A stretch of 61,604 nt of DNA, counting the filler, from Choristocarpus tenellus KU-1152 (lineage: Eukaryota > Protista > Phaeophyceae), in NCBI GenBank assembly GCA_964200185.2. It is 10 parts of 10 records of this genome, joined end to end, with 100 filler letters (N's around TTAATTAATTAA, not from the genome) between each part and the next. Parts side by side here need not be neighbours in the genome. Positions count along the whole stretch, not along the records: positions 36,013 to 40,594 come from CAXNAD020013917.1; positions 40,695 to 47,068 come from CAXNAD020008278.1; positions 47,169 to 50,731 come from CAXNAD020019240.1; positions 50,832 to 56,279 come from CAXNAD020010739.1; 6 more parts are not named here. One strand, 5' to 3'. The notes beneath the pieces are model-generated. The model saw nothing but the letters and a program-made list of their open reading frames with translations, made no database searches and was not told the origin of the DNA. Below, piece by piece: positions 40,366 to 51,484 of the stretch (positions are counted from its first letter, which is position 1; every line of letters starts with the position of its first letter). A program made the translations under genes and the position numbers.

Positions 40366-41600
40366 CTCTTAGTCTGGAAACTTCTCCAACACCTACTCTC
40401 CAACACCTGCGCCCTACCACCTACCTTAACCTGTGGTTAGGCAGTCCACTCTCCACTAAAATTTCTATTCTACAGACTAAATGCTGCACAACCACTAATT
40501 GTACTAGTGTGCCTCCCTCGAGTGTTCCCCTCTTAAAAGTGGATTTTCAAAATTGAGGATGGAGCGGGACTATGAGGATGGTTGTTTTGCGAAANNNNNN
40601 NNNNNNNNNNNNNNNNNNNNNNNNNNNNNNNNNNNNNNTTAATTAATTAANNNNNNNNNNNNNNNNNNNNNNNNNNNNNNNNNNNNNNNNNNNNCCCTCA
40701 CCCCAAACTGCCAGAAAGAACTTGGAGGTGAGGTGTTAAGATACTCCCTGCGTGGGGCCCCTTGGATTAAATGATATGCTTGTTTTGACTGATTGGCAAT
40801 AGACCATGCCGCTGCAGTTGAGGAAAGACCTTGCTTAGAGAGTGAGCTATCTTTCCCCCCCTAGTTTCTCAATGTCTGGGGAAGGGGGAAGGGCGAAGAT
40901 GGCCGTTCTTATAGTTCAAGGTATGTGTGTTAAATGGCTTGTAGTGGGGGGTGAAGATGAAGCTGGTGAAGCAATGAGCCAGTTGTGTGAATATGGGATT
41001 AGACTGGAGATGCTATGTTTGTGTGTGCACGAGAAGGTGGCTCGTGTCTACTTCCTTTCCGACACCTTAAAGTCTTCAACACCTAAGCCATGGTTTACTA
41101 GACCAGCGAGCAAGTTCATTGTTTGCTATGTGGAGGGTCTTGCCTGGTTATTGTTGGGGAGGAGGAGGTAGGGAGGTGTAACACGCGTAACATTTTGGTG
41201 ATTGGCTCTGATGTTTTTTTGTTGGTTTTATCTTGGTATGTGCTGCTATTTGTCTCCTGGTTGCAGGGGAGGTGCTATGACCATGTGTTGTGTGTCAGTT
41301 TTGAAACACAGCACATGCTCTCCCACTATGACATGGAGCCCATGCAAGGAGTAATATCCCACACACACTACATCAGAATAACTATCAATAGAATTAGCAG
41401 GTTGAATGACGAGAAAATCATCAGAATAAAGATACCCCCCCCCCCCCCCCCACCCTTTCCACCCTGCCGCCAACCCCTCCCCCCGGGGGGGGCTTTTCCG
41501 GGACCGGGGGAACNNNNNNNNNNATAAAAGTAGCCAGTTTAATGACGAAAAAACCATCAGAAAAAAAGTCCCCCCCCCCCCCCCCCAACTTTTCCTCTAG

Positions 41601-42606
41601 GGCCCAACTCACTGTGCCGTGGAGGCTTTTTCAGGGACCAGGAGCGAATTCAGTGTACAGCTCCTGTGCTGGACTGGGGGGAGAGTTTGCCTTCTGATGA
41701 AATTGAGAGATCAAAGCCCCCCAGGGCCGGGGTGTCTGTTACTGTGGGCTCTGGGGCGGCCATATGGCCACTGAGTTTAGAGTATGGCCCACAAGGGTGC
41801 AAAGCAGACGAGGACTGCGATGATGGGGACGTTTGCACTAGGGAGGCGTGTGTTGAGGTGGGTCATGATTGGTGAAGATTTTGAGAGCTTAATGGGTGTA
41901 GTAACGGTAAGGTTGAGGTTAGCATGGGTTAGCTCGGGGGCTGGAATTTAGACGAACAACACAGGCAAGTAATTGGGATTTGTTTTGAGTTTTTTTTTGT
42001 TAATACCAGGCAATCGGTTAATGCTCTCTCAATGTGGGTGGCTTTGTGCTCCTCTATGCTCCAAGATTCCTTGGAACACTGTTGCTATTGATGTTAGCAG
42101 TAGTTTGGCATCAGTTTTTTCCTTGGCGTACGATTCTCCGCATTAGTTTTCATTAGTCGGTGGCAGCTGCTTGTTTTTATTGTGCTGCTGATGTGGCACC
42201 TTTTTTAGTTTTTTCCTCTGTGAATGTAACTGTGGTATAGTATGAAATATAATTTTTTCGTAACGGTGTAACTGTCGAAGAAACCTACGATGTCAGACAT
42301 GGAGTATTGAATATACACCAGCTGGTGTTATACATATTCAATACTGGAGGTACACTGTATATGACCATACCGATCTGCTGACTCCTCCAAGATTTGGTTG
42401 GGAGGAATCTCTGGTTTGGCTATGCTTGGCACTACCATATACTGCAATATTCAAGGGTCTGGCTGTTGGAACAACAACACAGTTGCTGTAGGGCTTCGTC
42501 TCGTGCATGATAGCTGTTTCTATTTTATATTTTTATATTTTGTAGTATTCATATTCTTAATAGTATTTCGAAGTGGTTTTTTGTACCCTGTGTGTTTTAG
42601 TGTGAT

Positions 42607-42637
<31 letters not shown>

Positions 42638-42651
42638 TGTTGTTGTTGTTG

Positions 42652-42689
<38 letters not shown>

Positions 42690-43829
42690 GTTTTTGTTGT
42701 TAATGTGAATCGCAGTGGGTCCCACCTCTTGAGATCTTGAGAGACAAAGAACTGTTGCTTCCCTGTGTGGGTGTCTTGTGTCAGTGCCTCCTTTTGTTGT
42801 TAGCGGGACAGTTTTTTGGCATATTAGGTCTTGTGATAGTGCCTCCATTGGCTTTTTCTTTGATATATATATATATATATATATATGTTCTCTGCGAGGA
42901 GTCTGGTTGAACCTTTTTTGAATCCCAGGAGGGATGTGAAACCCGACCTCCAAGTGGAAATATATGTTAACATAGCACGGGTCCTTGATAATTCAATGGA
43001 CTTTTGGTCTTTGATTTGTTATACTATACACAGGCTGATGCGACCACTTTGAGAGTGGTGATGTAGATGGGTTAGGGTTAGGGCTAGGGTTAGAGTCAGG
43101 GTTGAGGTTGAGGTTGAGGTTAAGGTTAGAATTAAGGTTAGGGAGAGGGTTAGAATTTGGGTTAGGCAGAAAGTGAATCTTGAAGAGGCACTCCCATTTC
43201 CCCTCCCCCCTCCCTGCCTCCAAACCCTTCACCCCCCTGCCCCTCTTAGTGTTTGTATTACATAGTCTGTATGTGAGTAAGTGGAGAGTTGAGAGGTGTT
43301 TATGGGATTAGTCGAGGATGAGCTTGTGATGTGGCTACAAGTGCCCAGGTTGGTGGTATTGATGTGATGCTATCCTTGTTGTACAGTAGAATGGAACATG
43401 GTAAAGAGTGTGTATGTATGTATGTGAGTATGTGTTTTTAAATCTTCATCTATACATGTACTGTGTAAGGTTATATTGTACTATAGGTTTTTATTGTATG
43501 TAGTAGATATATTATTATAGTGCTTGGGGGTACATTGCATTTTCGTTTTTTGTTGGTGATACCATGTACTGTATACAATATATGTAGTACCCTATACCAT
43601 ACACCATATATATGTAGTGCCATATACCGCATACCATATACCATACACCACATGACGTATACCACACGACACACTTATATTACACAAAATATATTAAAAT
43701 AAAACCGACTCCTTTTTGCCATTGGTGCTTGCAGGGTTTCTGCAAACATAGGGGGGGTACAGAGGAGACAGGGTGTCAGGCGCAGTCAATCCCTGTTATT
43801 GGTCGGTCAGACATGTATGGCTACTTTCA
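41601..43829 (+). CDS. Internal exons of an extracellular protein with a Cys-rich CxxDxDCDDGDxCTxExC repeat
   Basis: Exon 41601-41857 (GFFRDQERIQCTAPV..GCKADEDCDDGDVCTREACVE) joins in phase 0 to an exon starting at 43735 (GFCKHRGGTEETGC..), completing the repeat as C-VE-GFC-KH. Confidence 0.55.
42610..42700. repeat. Compound (GT)n(TTG)n(TTA)n microsatellite
   Basis: Directly visible. Confidence 0.95.
43068..43166 (+). repeat. Degenerate interstitial telomere-like (TTAGGG/TTGAGG) tract
   Basis: GGGTTAGGGTTAGGGCTAGGGTTAGAG..GGTTGAGGTTAAGGTTAG. Confidence 0.75.
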
Positions 43830-44436
43830 GGCAAGAATGGGACTCCTTTGAGATTGGTCATTAGTTGTGAATCTGTTAGTAGTACTAGCAGAGTCTGAAA
43901 GGACAGATGTACGATTATTTTCTAGTATATCGTTTTGTGTTGTTTTGTCATTTCAACGATGTCATGAGGTAAAACATATATTTAGAATTGGTACAAAGTC
44001 TGGTTCACTGTCTCCCCTGGCGGAACAGTGGTATGTCGGCTCTCTAAACAGAGTCGGAGGTTGTGGGATCGAACCCCAACTGGACCGCTTTCCCAACTTT
44101 CTTTCACCTGGAGAACAAGTATCGAGTTGAGAGAGGTGTCCAGAGATAGGTTCAAGGGGAATCGTGGAGGTTGAGATGGCCGCTTGGATTATGCTGGGTG
44201 GGAGTTTCCCACCCTCTGATTTAGTGAAATAGTGGTATCTCAACTAGACTCTTTTGACAACTGTGCTGTGTATTAAGAAAATGCCTTTTTTATTTAACTT
44301 TGAATTGTAAACGAAACAGACTACAGTTTTGTTGTTGGTTGTGCAGGTTCTCTTGGACAGTATATTATGTATCATTCCTTTGCTCTATAGACAAGGTAAT
44401 GGCATCTCTAGAATGTCGATGCAATGATTTAACTTT

Positions 44437-44493
44437 AGTAGTAGCATCACTAGTAATAGTAATAGTAATAGTAATAGTAGTAGTAGTAGTAGT

Positions 44494-44537
<44 letters not shown>

Positions 44538-44592
44538 TATCGATAGTAATAGTAATAGCAGTAATAGTAATAGTAATGGTAGTAATAGTAAT
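44437..44592. repeat. Compound (AGTAAT)/(AGT)/(AGC) microsatellite
   Basis: Directly visible. It explains the poly-A, poly-L and poly-T ORFs. Confidence 0.95.
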
Positions 44593-47025
44593 GGTGTTAA
44601 GGGGCCTGGTTCTGTGTGATGGGGGGTGATGAGAACCACCAGAGATGAGGTTCAGAAAGGAAGTGAAAGAGGAGACAGAGGCAGTTTGGGTGTATATCGA
44701 CAGTCTCAGAGTGCCATGTAGATCAATCTTCAATGTGATAGGTTGTGACCAGCCAGAACAGAAAACACAATCTCGGGCTTTGCTGGTTTGAATCCACCGT
44801 TCATATCAGGGTTACTGCGAGCCGGTCGTGCGTCTGACGCACACCACATCACTTGGCCTGACCTCAATTCCAAAAGGTGGCGAGCGCAAATGTGTATGAC
44901 CCCAAAAAAGGCGACCTGTTCATGACAGTAATAATAATAATAATAATAATAGTGTAATAGTAGTAATGTAATAGTAACAATGTAATAGTAACAATGTACT
45001 GAAAAGGTTGCTTTAAAATCATGATTCAGGATGGATCCCTCTTTGTAACCCCTTCCTCAGCCTCTCTTGAGCAAAACATGAGCAATGTTCTGTCTCAGGT
45101 CTTACAGATATTATAGGAAGTGTTGGTTCTGGCAGTAGTGAAAAAAAAACACTTGAAAGGCTATAGAGTACAAATTTTTGCATCTCTGTGAGGGCCTGAA
45201 AATTCCAGCGCAGGGGGCGGCTTCTGTCGTGTCTCCTGTGCTTTTGATGGAATTGCACATTATTCCTTTTAGTTTTATTTTAACTGCAGCAGTAAATGTT
45301 TTAACATTACATAATGCTGATTCAACTCATAGTCATGTTTCTAATATTAGTATCAGTAGTTTCAAGGGTTAGGGCAGTCAAATATTGGCAACTATTAATA
45401 TTGTTGTGTGGATTGGTGGTTACAGTGGAATATCAATATTTGCATCATGTGATAGAGACCGGGGTCCCATCTGACTTGGCCAATTTATGGGCCATTGCCC
45501 CACTAAAATTGTTGCAACCTATCTCTGTGAGCAGTCCTCAGGTCCATTTCGTGAATACCATTGAGTCTGTGACCAGGGCCCTCCCCTCACAATTCAATAT
45601 ATTTTATTATTATTATTTCGATTGTTGTTATTGTTATTGTTATTATCCTCCTACTGTAGGGGAATGAGGAAAGGGCATGCGATTTTGTCGAAGATTAGGA
45701 TCGAGTTTAGGGTTATGGTTCAATGCTTGGGTCATGATCGAGGATGTTGTGGTATTAATTATTGAAACTATTGTTACTATTATTATTATTATTATTATTA
45801 TCCTTCTGCTGTACAGAACCGGGAAAGAAGAAGTGATTTGGATGAAGTGTAAGATGGTCTTAGAGTTGACGTTTGTGTAAGGGTTTTTTGAGCATCTGTG
45901 GTATTTTTTTTATTATTTAATACCGTTGAAAGTGTTTTGGTTGTTTTTTTGTTGGTGGTAATGTAATGGATGGGGATGCATTTTTTGCCCCTAATCGATC
46001 TTGTTTTGTACATTATTTTTTTTCACTGTGTTTTGTGTTTTTGAAGTCCCTTGTTGCCCCTCCCCCCCACAGTCTTAAGTGAGACGGTTGAGTGAGGGTT
46101 CATATGTGTAGCATGGTTCTAGGGTGCAGGAAGCATTTCCGAGCGTGGGGATGGAATTGCATTGTGTGCTGGAGGGGGCACTGCTCTTGAGGTTCATTTT
46201 AGCTTGCCTTGGCGATGGCTCTTTGGCAGAGTTGTTGTGTTGTTTAGTGGAGAATGCCGAGAGGCGTGGAGTTTTTTTTGTTTTTTTAATGGATAATGGG
46301 TTTTGTAGTAAGTAGAGATGCGTGATGAACGTAGTACTTTGCGTGGCATTTGTTCTTCTAATGGTAGTGGTAATAATAGGCATTGTAATAACAGGATTAG
46401 TAGTATTAATAAATGTAGTGATGGTAATAATAATAGGAGTAATGCTATTGGTAATACAGGGGAAGGCGATGGATGGAGGTACAATCCTGCTGTTGGAGTG
46501 TTATGATGCTATTTTTTTTGTAAGGAGTACCCCAACGCGATTGTGCGTATGTAGTGCTACGTGTGGTAACATTTCCCCCACTGGGGTGGGATTGATTGGT
46601 AGGGATGCAGATGGTTTATTTATGTTTTTTCTGACCCCTTTCGTTTTGTTGTAATAATAGTCTCCTCGAAGGAAAGAATGTTCTAGTAGGTTGGGAGGGT
46701 TTTAACTACCGGTCGATAGATGTCGATAGATGTTGATAGATGTCAATAGATGTGTACCTGCAAAGAGATAATGACGATTTAATATTTTTTTTGTCTCTTG
46801 CTGTCTAACCCTAACCCTAACCTCTGTGCAAACATACATATATATATATATATATATTTTTTTTTAATGTTTTATACTGTCTGTCTGACTGCCGCTGATG
46901 GAGATCTCCATCTGGGCTCCCAACGTTGACCTCTTCTGAGAAAACTGAAGGAGACTTGGAAGTATGATGAGGTGTTTTTGCGCTTGTTATGCTGCTTCCA
47001 CTCTCACCTGAAGCCCCCCCCCCGC

Positions 47026-47068
<43 letters not shown>

Positions 47069-47196
47069 NNNNNNNNNNNNNNNNNNNNNNNNNNNNNNNN
47101 NNNNNNNNNNNNTTAATTAATTAANNNNNNNNNNNNNNNNNNNNNNNNNNNNNNNNNNNNNNNNNNNNCTTTAGCCTCCCTTCCCTTTAATAAAGG

Positions 47197-47401
47197 GTGT
47201 CAAAGTGTCTGGGGGGGGGGGGTGGTTTGTGAGGGGGCGTCCGTTTCGGTCCGGATGAAGTGCTAAAAAATCATAGCAATTGCTGTCTTCAGTCGCGGAC
47301 GATTCACAATTGAAGACAGCGATTGCTATGATTTTGAGCAATTCGTCCGGACCGAAATGGACGCCCCCTCACATGCCACCACCCTCAAGGTACTTTGACC
47401 C
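47197..47401. mobile_element. 205-bp terminal palindrome with GRG-family TIR arms
   Basis: GTGTCAAAGTGTCT-G(n)..GTGAGGGGGCGTCCGTTTCGGTCCGGA..CATAGCAATTGCTGTCTTCA / TGAAGACAGCGATTGCTATG..TCCGGACCGAAATGGACGCCCCCTCAC..GTACTTTGACCC. Confidence 0.85.
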
Positions 47402-47905
47402 AGTCACCGTCCTCGTATGATGTATTTTCGATTAAAATGCATTTAAGATCTACGCTTGGCGGCTTGAGTGGGTTTAGACTATGTTATTATGGCTCACTGA
47501 AGTTGCCCTTGGGTTCAATGCTTGGAGTCTGGTGGATTTCCGCCGCTTGGTTTGGGTGTGGAAGAGAGGTCATCTGTAGTGGAAATCTCGACTTGTACTG
47601 AAGATGGTGGTGTGGAGTACGAGATGCTTGTGCGTCAACGTATTTCTGGTAAGGTTTCTGCCAATTGCTCTGTGGTCCGATCAAGCCAAAGAGAGAAGGA
47701 AAAGGATTGGGGCATGGCAGTAAAAGCAATTGAGGATGGTGGCAGAACGCACTAATGGAGATGAAATCTAGGTTGCCACCGGGCCAATAAAGACGTGCGT
47801 ATGAGGACACATAAACACAAACTCTTCTGGAGGAGAATAAATTCAATATACCAAATGTGCAAGTCCGTTGATTTAGAGAACGTCCGATCTCTCCATCAGG
47901 AGCAA
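47402..47905 (-). mobile_element. Subterminal region shared with 59208-59832
   Basis: Its reverse complement aligns throughout with 59208-59832, e.g. CACCATCTTCAGTACAAGTCGAGATTT and GGACGGTGAC(T/A)|GGGTCAAAG at the same junction. Confidence 0.85.
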
Positions 47906-48289
47906 CTTCGCAACCTTTTGAAGAACCGGAGAAACCTTTGACAATGTTCGTTGTGAAACTGTGAAACATGGGTAAGATCTGTGAGAGACTAGGTTGTGTG
48001 TTTGGTGTAGGGAACCATGTTTGGATGTTAACGTATGGCGATGTTGTACAATGATATAATTGCTTGCCTGTGTGTTCGTCACTGGTGTTCAGGGTAACGC
48101 CCTCTCAGAGTATTTGACGATGTCCCGCCCGGTATTTTGTACCCTCCTCTACACCCTCCCTCAGCACGAGGTCCCTTTTCACCTGTGGAATTTATGGGTT
48201 ACATTAATGTGCACGATCAGGGCGTCTATTGTGAGGTGGCTTGATACGAACTGAAAAACGGTGGAGAGATGAGATGATGAACTTCCCTC

Positions 48290-50657
48290 TCAGTTGAGTA
48301 CCTCGTCGCTGAGGATGTATTTCTTGATAGGAGGACCCTCTGCTGAAGACCCTGCTGAGGGGTCATCGGCGTAGGGGTCTATCCCGAGCTTGTCTGTCCT
48401 TTTTAGGTCGTTCATAACTTGTATGGCGACCTCCAGGACAGCCCTCTTGATGAGGACATTCCTGATGTGCATACGTCTCATGTATGCCAATTGGACCTTC
48501 CAGGGTTGAGACCTCCACTCCTATTCCGCCTGGGCGGCAGACACCGTGTCTGGATCGCTGACTCCTGGTCTCTTCTTCTTCCCCTTTCCTCTTGTCTTCT
48601 TCTTTCCTTTGTTCTGGTCGGCCGGGGGCCGTTTATTCCGGACGCCCCTTAGAGTGTGGGAGAACTGTCATGGAGAAGCACATGGGTGGTGGAACGGTAA
48701 GTCACATGGATGACATGGGTGTCTGCCTTGCGAGGCACAAACTAGACGGTAGACATTGCGGCTGTTGCAGGGTCAGCAGGGGGTATATGCATATACATCC
48801 ATACGTTACTTGAATCGTCACGGTCAACATCGGCTTACCCATTCGTCTGGAAATGTCTCCGTCCCGATAACAGATATCAACGAGAGCTTGTCAGTAGGCA
48901 ATTTTTTGGCTGCCTGTTCTGAGAAGACGTGGGCAGCCACCTCAACAATGTCGCGCCAGCGATGGCCTTGGGGTGTCTCCCCTCTAAGGATGACTAAGCC
49001 GACTCCAGCAAGGAAATCGGTGCACATTCTATCGAAATACTGCTCCTTGACCTCGTGCGTGAGCTACATGTACGTCAAATGTGCGAAGGTGTGTCGTTAG
49101 GAGACAGATAAAGAACGAACTTTGAGGATGTAGAGGATTTAGGATTAGCAGTGAATCTATCAGAGAAGGGTTACGAGGGGATGCGCGTAGCGCATTAGAA
49201 CCATATGGACTTGGGGTTCTTTGGAGAAACTGATGGCCTTTACCGTTCGACAGAATACATCAAATTCCTTCATTACTGTCTGCCCTATGTCCAGTGTGGC
49301 GTCGTCGTGTGGGGAGAACATAGTTGGGAATGTTTACCCCCCCTTCAACCTGTAGGTGTGTGTGAACCACCCACTGTTCCTGAGGGATTTGATGCCGGCG
49401 TCCGGTTTAGCTTACCGCAGCACAGTGAACATGTGAACCGCTCTGAAGTCGAATTTGTCCTAGTCAGGTCCGCGTTGGGTGTGTGGAGGGTAAGGTGACA
49501 TGATCAGGACAGAAGAACATGGGAGTGGGAGTGGGTCTGTTGGTTAATGGCGTATGTCATATGGTCGATAGCATTACCAATGCATGAAACCTCAATTCAA
49601 GCTCAGTATGCGAAGGCAGGGGTTACTACGGTGTTGTTGGACCGTTAGTGATGGGGTATTGGATGTACAGATGTGGGGATGGCGGCTGCACCGCTCTTAC
49701 ACTTGACCCGTCGCTCTTCTTGTGCTCTCTCCTCACACCAAGAAGGATCTCCTCCAGTTCTTTTGTCTCTGGTCGAACATAGTTAGGGGAAGAAAGGGAT
49801 CCGGTTGGTTGGATCACCGACGCGGAATTAATATGGATATGGGCGACGAAAAGTAGGCAGTGCTTCACAATCATTTCACGAATCGTTTCCTGTGGAAGAA
49901 GCCGTGAGAATCTTAACTTCTCCCGCGCATATGTGGACAAGGGTGGCGATCGTGTTGAATAATTGGACGGAGGTCTGGTCAGTGAGTCTATTCCCCCCAG
50001 CTTCCTTATGTGTATCCTCCCAAGCTTCTTTGAGGAATGCCATTATCTTGGCAGCTACCCTCCTCTTAATAGCCGTCTGTAACGCGTCGTCGGCACTCCG
50101 GAAGTCTGTATCACCTAGACAGTACTGGTTGCTCTTGGTGACCAATGTTGCCATGCGCGTGCGACGATCAGAGTCCTCTTCCGTTTCCCGGACGTAGGGG
50201 TGGGACCTGTCGCAACTGAAGTTGCGCCTATACTCCAGGATAGCGGCAACCCAAGACACCATCCAATGGAATATGTTTAGGATGTTTGGGACGTGCGACC
50301 TGCTGGCTGCAACGCTCTCTACTATGGAGATTGATTCAGCCTTTTCCCGGCTGCAATGTGGATATATCTTCCACATGAAGCTCCTGTGGTGGGCGATCTG
50401 GAGGTTTGCTCCTACTTCCGAGGCCCATCGTGTTGTGACATGAGCCGGGAGGTTGATACCACAAGGGACAGTGTCCTCCTTGGCGTCTCACTCAATTGTC
50501 CTCAACACCATTACGCGGGGTTGTCCATTAAGGCAAAACAAGAGGTTGTCGTCATCCTCTATCTCCCTATCGTTGCCATTATTGTCCACGTCCAAGTTGC
50601 CATTGGCAATTTAATTTTGAAATAGTTCCCTGTCGGACACACTGGAGGGCACGTTTG
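48290..50657 (-). pseudogene. Large spliced pseudogene of unknown family, probably a transposon accessory or cargo gene
   Basis: The frame from 50657 to about 49700 carries two stops and one frameshift. Short-intron exons follow (..DIGQTVMKEFDVFCRTVKA.., LTHEVKEQYFDRMCTDF..FPDEW|GTAAGC), then a last exon with KGKKKTRGKGKKKRP and RRMHIRNVLIKRAVLEVA..DEVLN*. Confidence 0.55.
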
Positions 50658-50731
50658 GAGTCAAAGTATCTGGGGGGGGAGTGTCGGCGTCCGTTTTTCA
50701 CCTTTTTTCGATTTTCACCTTTTTGGTGTGA
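50658..50731 (+). mobile_element. Poly-G TIR (GRG family) interrupting the pseudogene, at contig end
   Basis: GAGTCAAAGTATCT-G8-AGTGTCGGCGTCCGTTT. Confidence 0.75.
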
Positions 50732-51484
50732 NNNNNNNNNNNNNNNNNNNNNNNNNNNNNNNNNNNNNNNNNNNNTTAATTAATTAANNNNNNNNNNNNN
50801 NNNNNNNNNNNNNNNNNNNNNNNNNNNNNNNCATATGTATATAGTTTCCATTGGTTTTCTCCTGACACATCTGCAAAATGTCAGAGGGCATAATACAAAT
50901 AATAGAAGACGACAGGGAAAGTGAAAGAACGTCTGGAATAAGATTGTTGTTTCCAGTATGAAGTTAGGTTTCGGTGTGAACATGGTCACTTTTGGTTCCA
51001 CTTTTAGAAACGAGCGAGGAGAGAACACTCGCTCTAAGTCGAGAATCATAAAACTTGGAATCGATCTATGGCAGTATTTTCGAATGTATCTTTTTAAATA
51101 TTTATATCTACTAGAATATTGAGCGTATTACCCCCAACTTCTTTTTTTGCCATCAAACTATCAACTCCCAAATCCAATATGATAAAGAACAATATATTAT
51201 GATGATTTTTGATATTTCAGACGTGTCAAGAGAAAAGTCAATTCAATCTGACATAAAGTATCAACTCGCTACATTAAAAAATATGTTGTCTACCCGACTT
51301 CAGTTCTAAGTATCTCTTGATATGATTATTATATCTCCAATAATTTCCAATGACATAATAATGGAGGAAGACGAACTCAGACTGCTTTCACACATGTGAC
51401 ATAATTGTAGATGATAAACCCAGGTCTTAGATAAAAGGGAAAGTGTTGGATACTGGAGTGCTCGAGTTGCATTGTGACTGGGTC

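Noticed and set aside
36013-40594. Gene on this contig (e.g. minus ORF 38535-38813 with nearby splice-like sites)
   Set aside because: Stops interrupt the candidate exons and no family was recognised.
41390-41590. Direct repeat around a 10-N gap (similar case at 55020-55100)
   Set aside because: Low-quality overlapping read ends flanking a scaffold gap: an assembly artefact.
44300-44733. Poly-Ala, Leu, Thr, Val and Asn ORFs here and at 11670, 42398, 42606 and 53975
   Set aside because: They are translations of microsatellites.
47487-47969. Conserved protein in the shared subterminal region (also ORF 59423-59719)
   Set aside because: No reading frame stays open across both copies and substitutions fall at all codon positions, so it is treated as non-coding.
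47197-50731. A complete linear element with hairpins at both ends (parvovirus-like)
   Set aside because: The pseudogene frame runs right up to the TIR at 50658, so that TIR looks like a later insertion. Contigs also break preferentially at these TIRs, so double flanking is expected.
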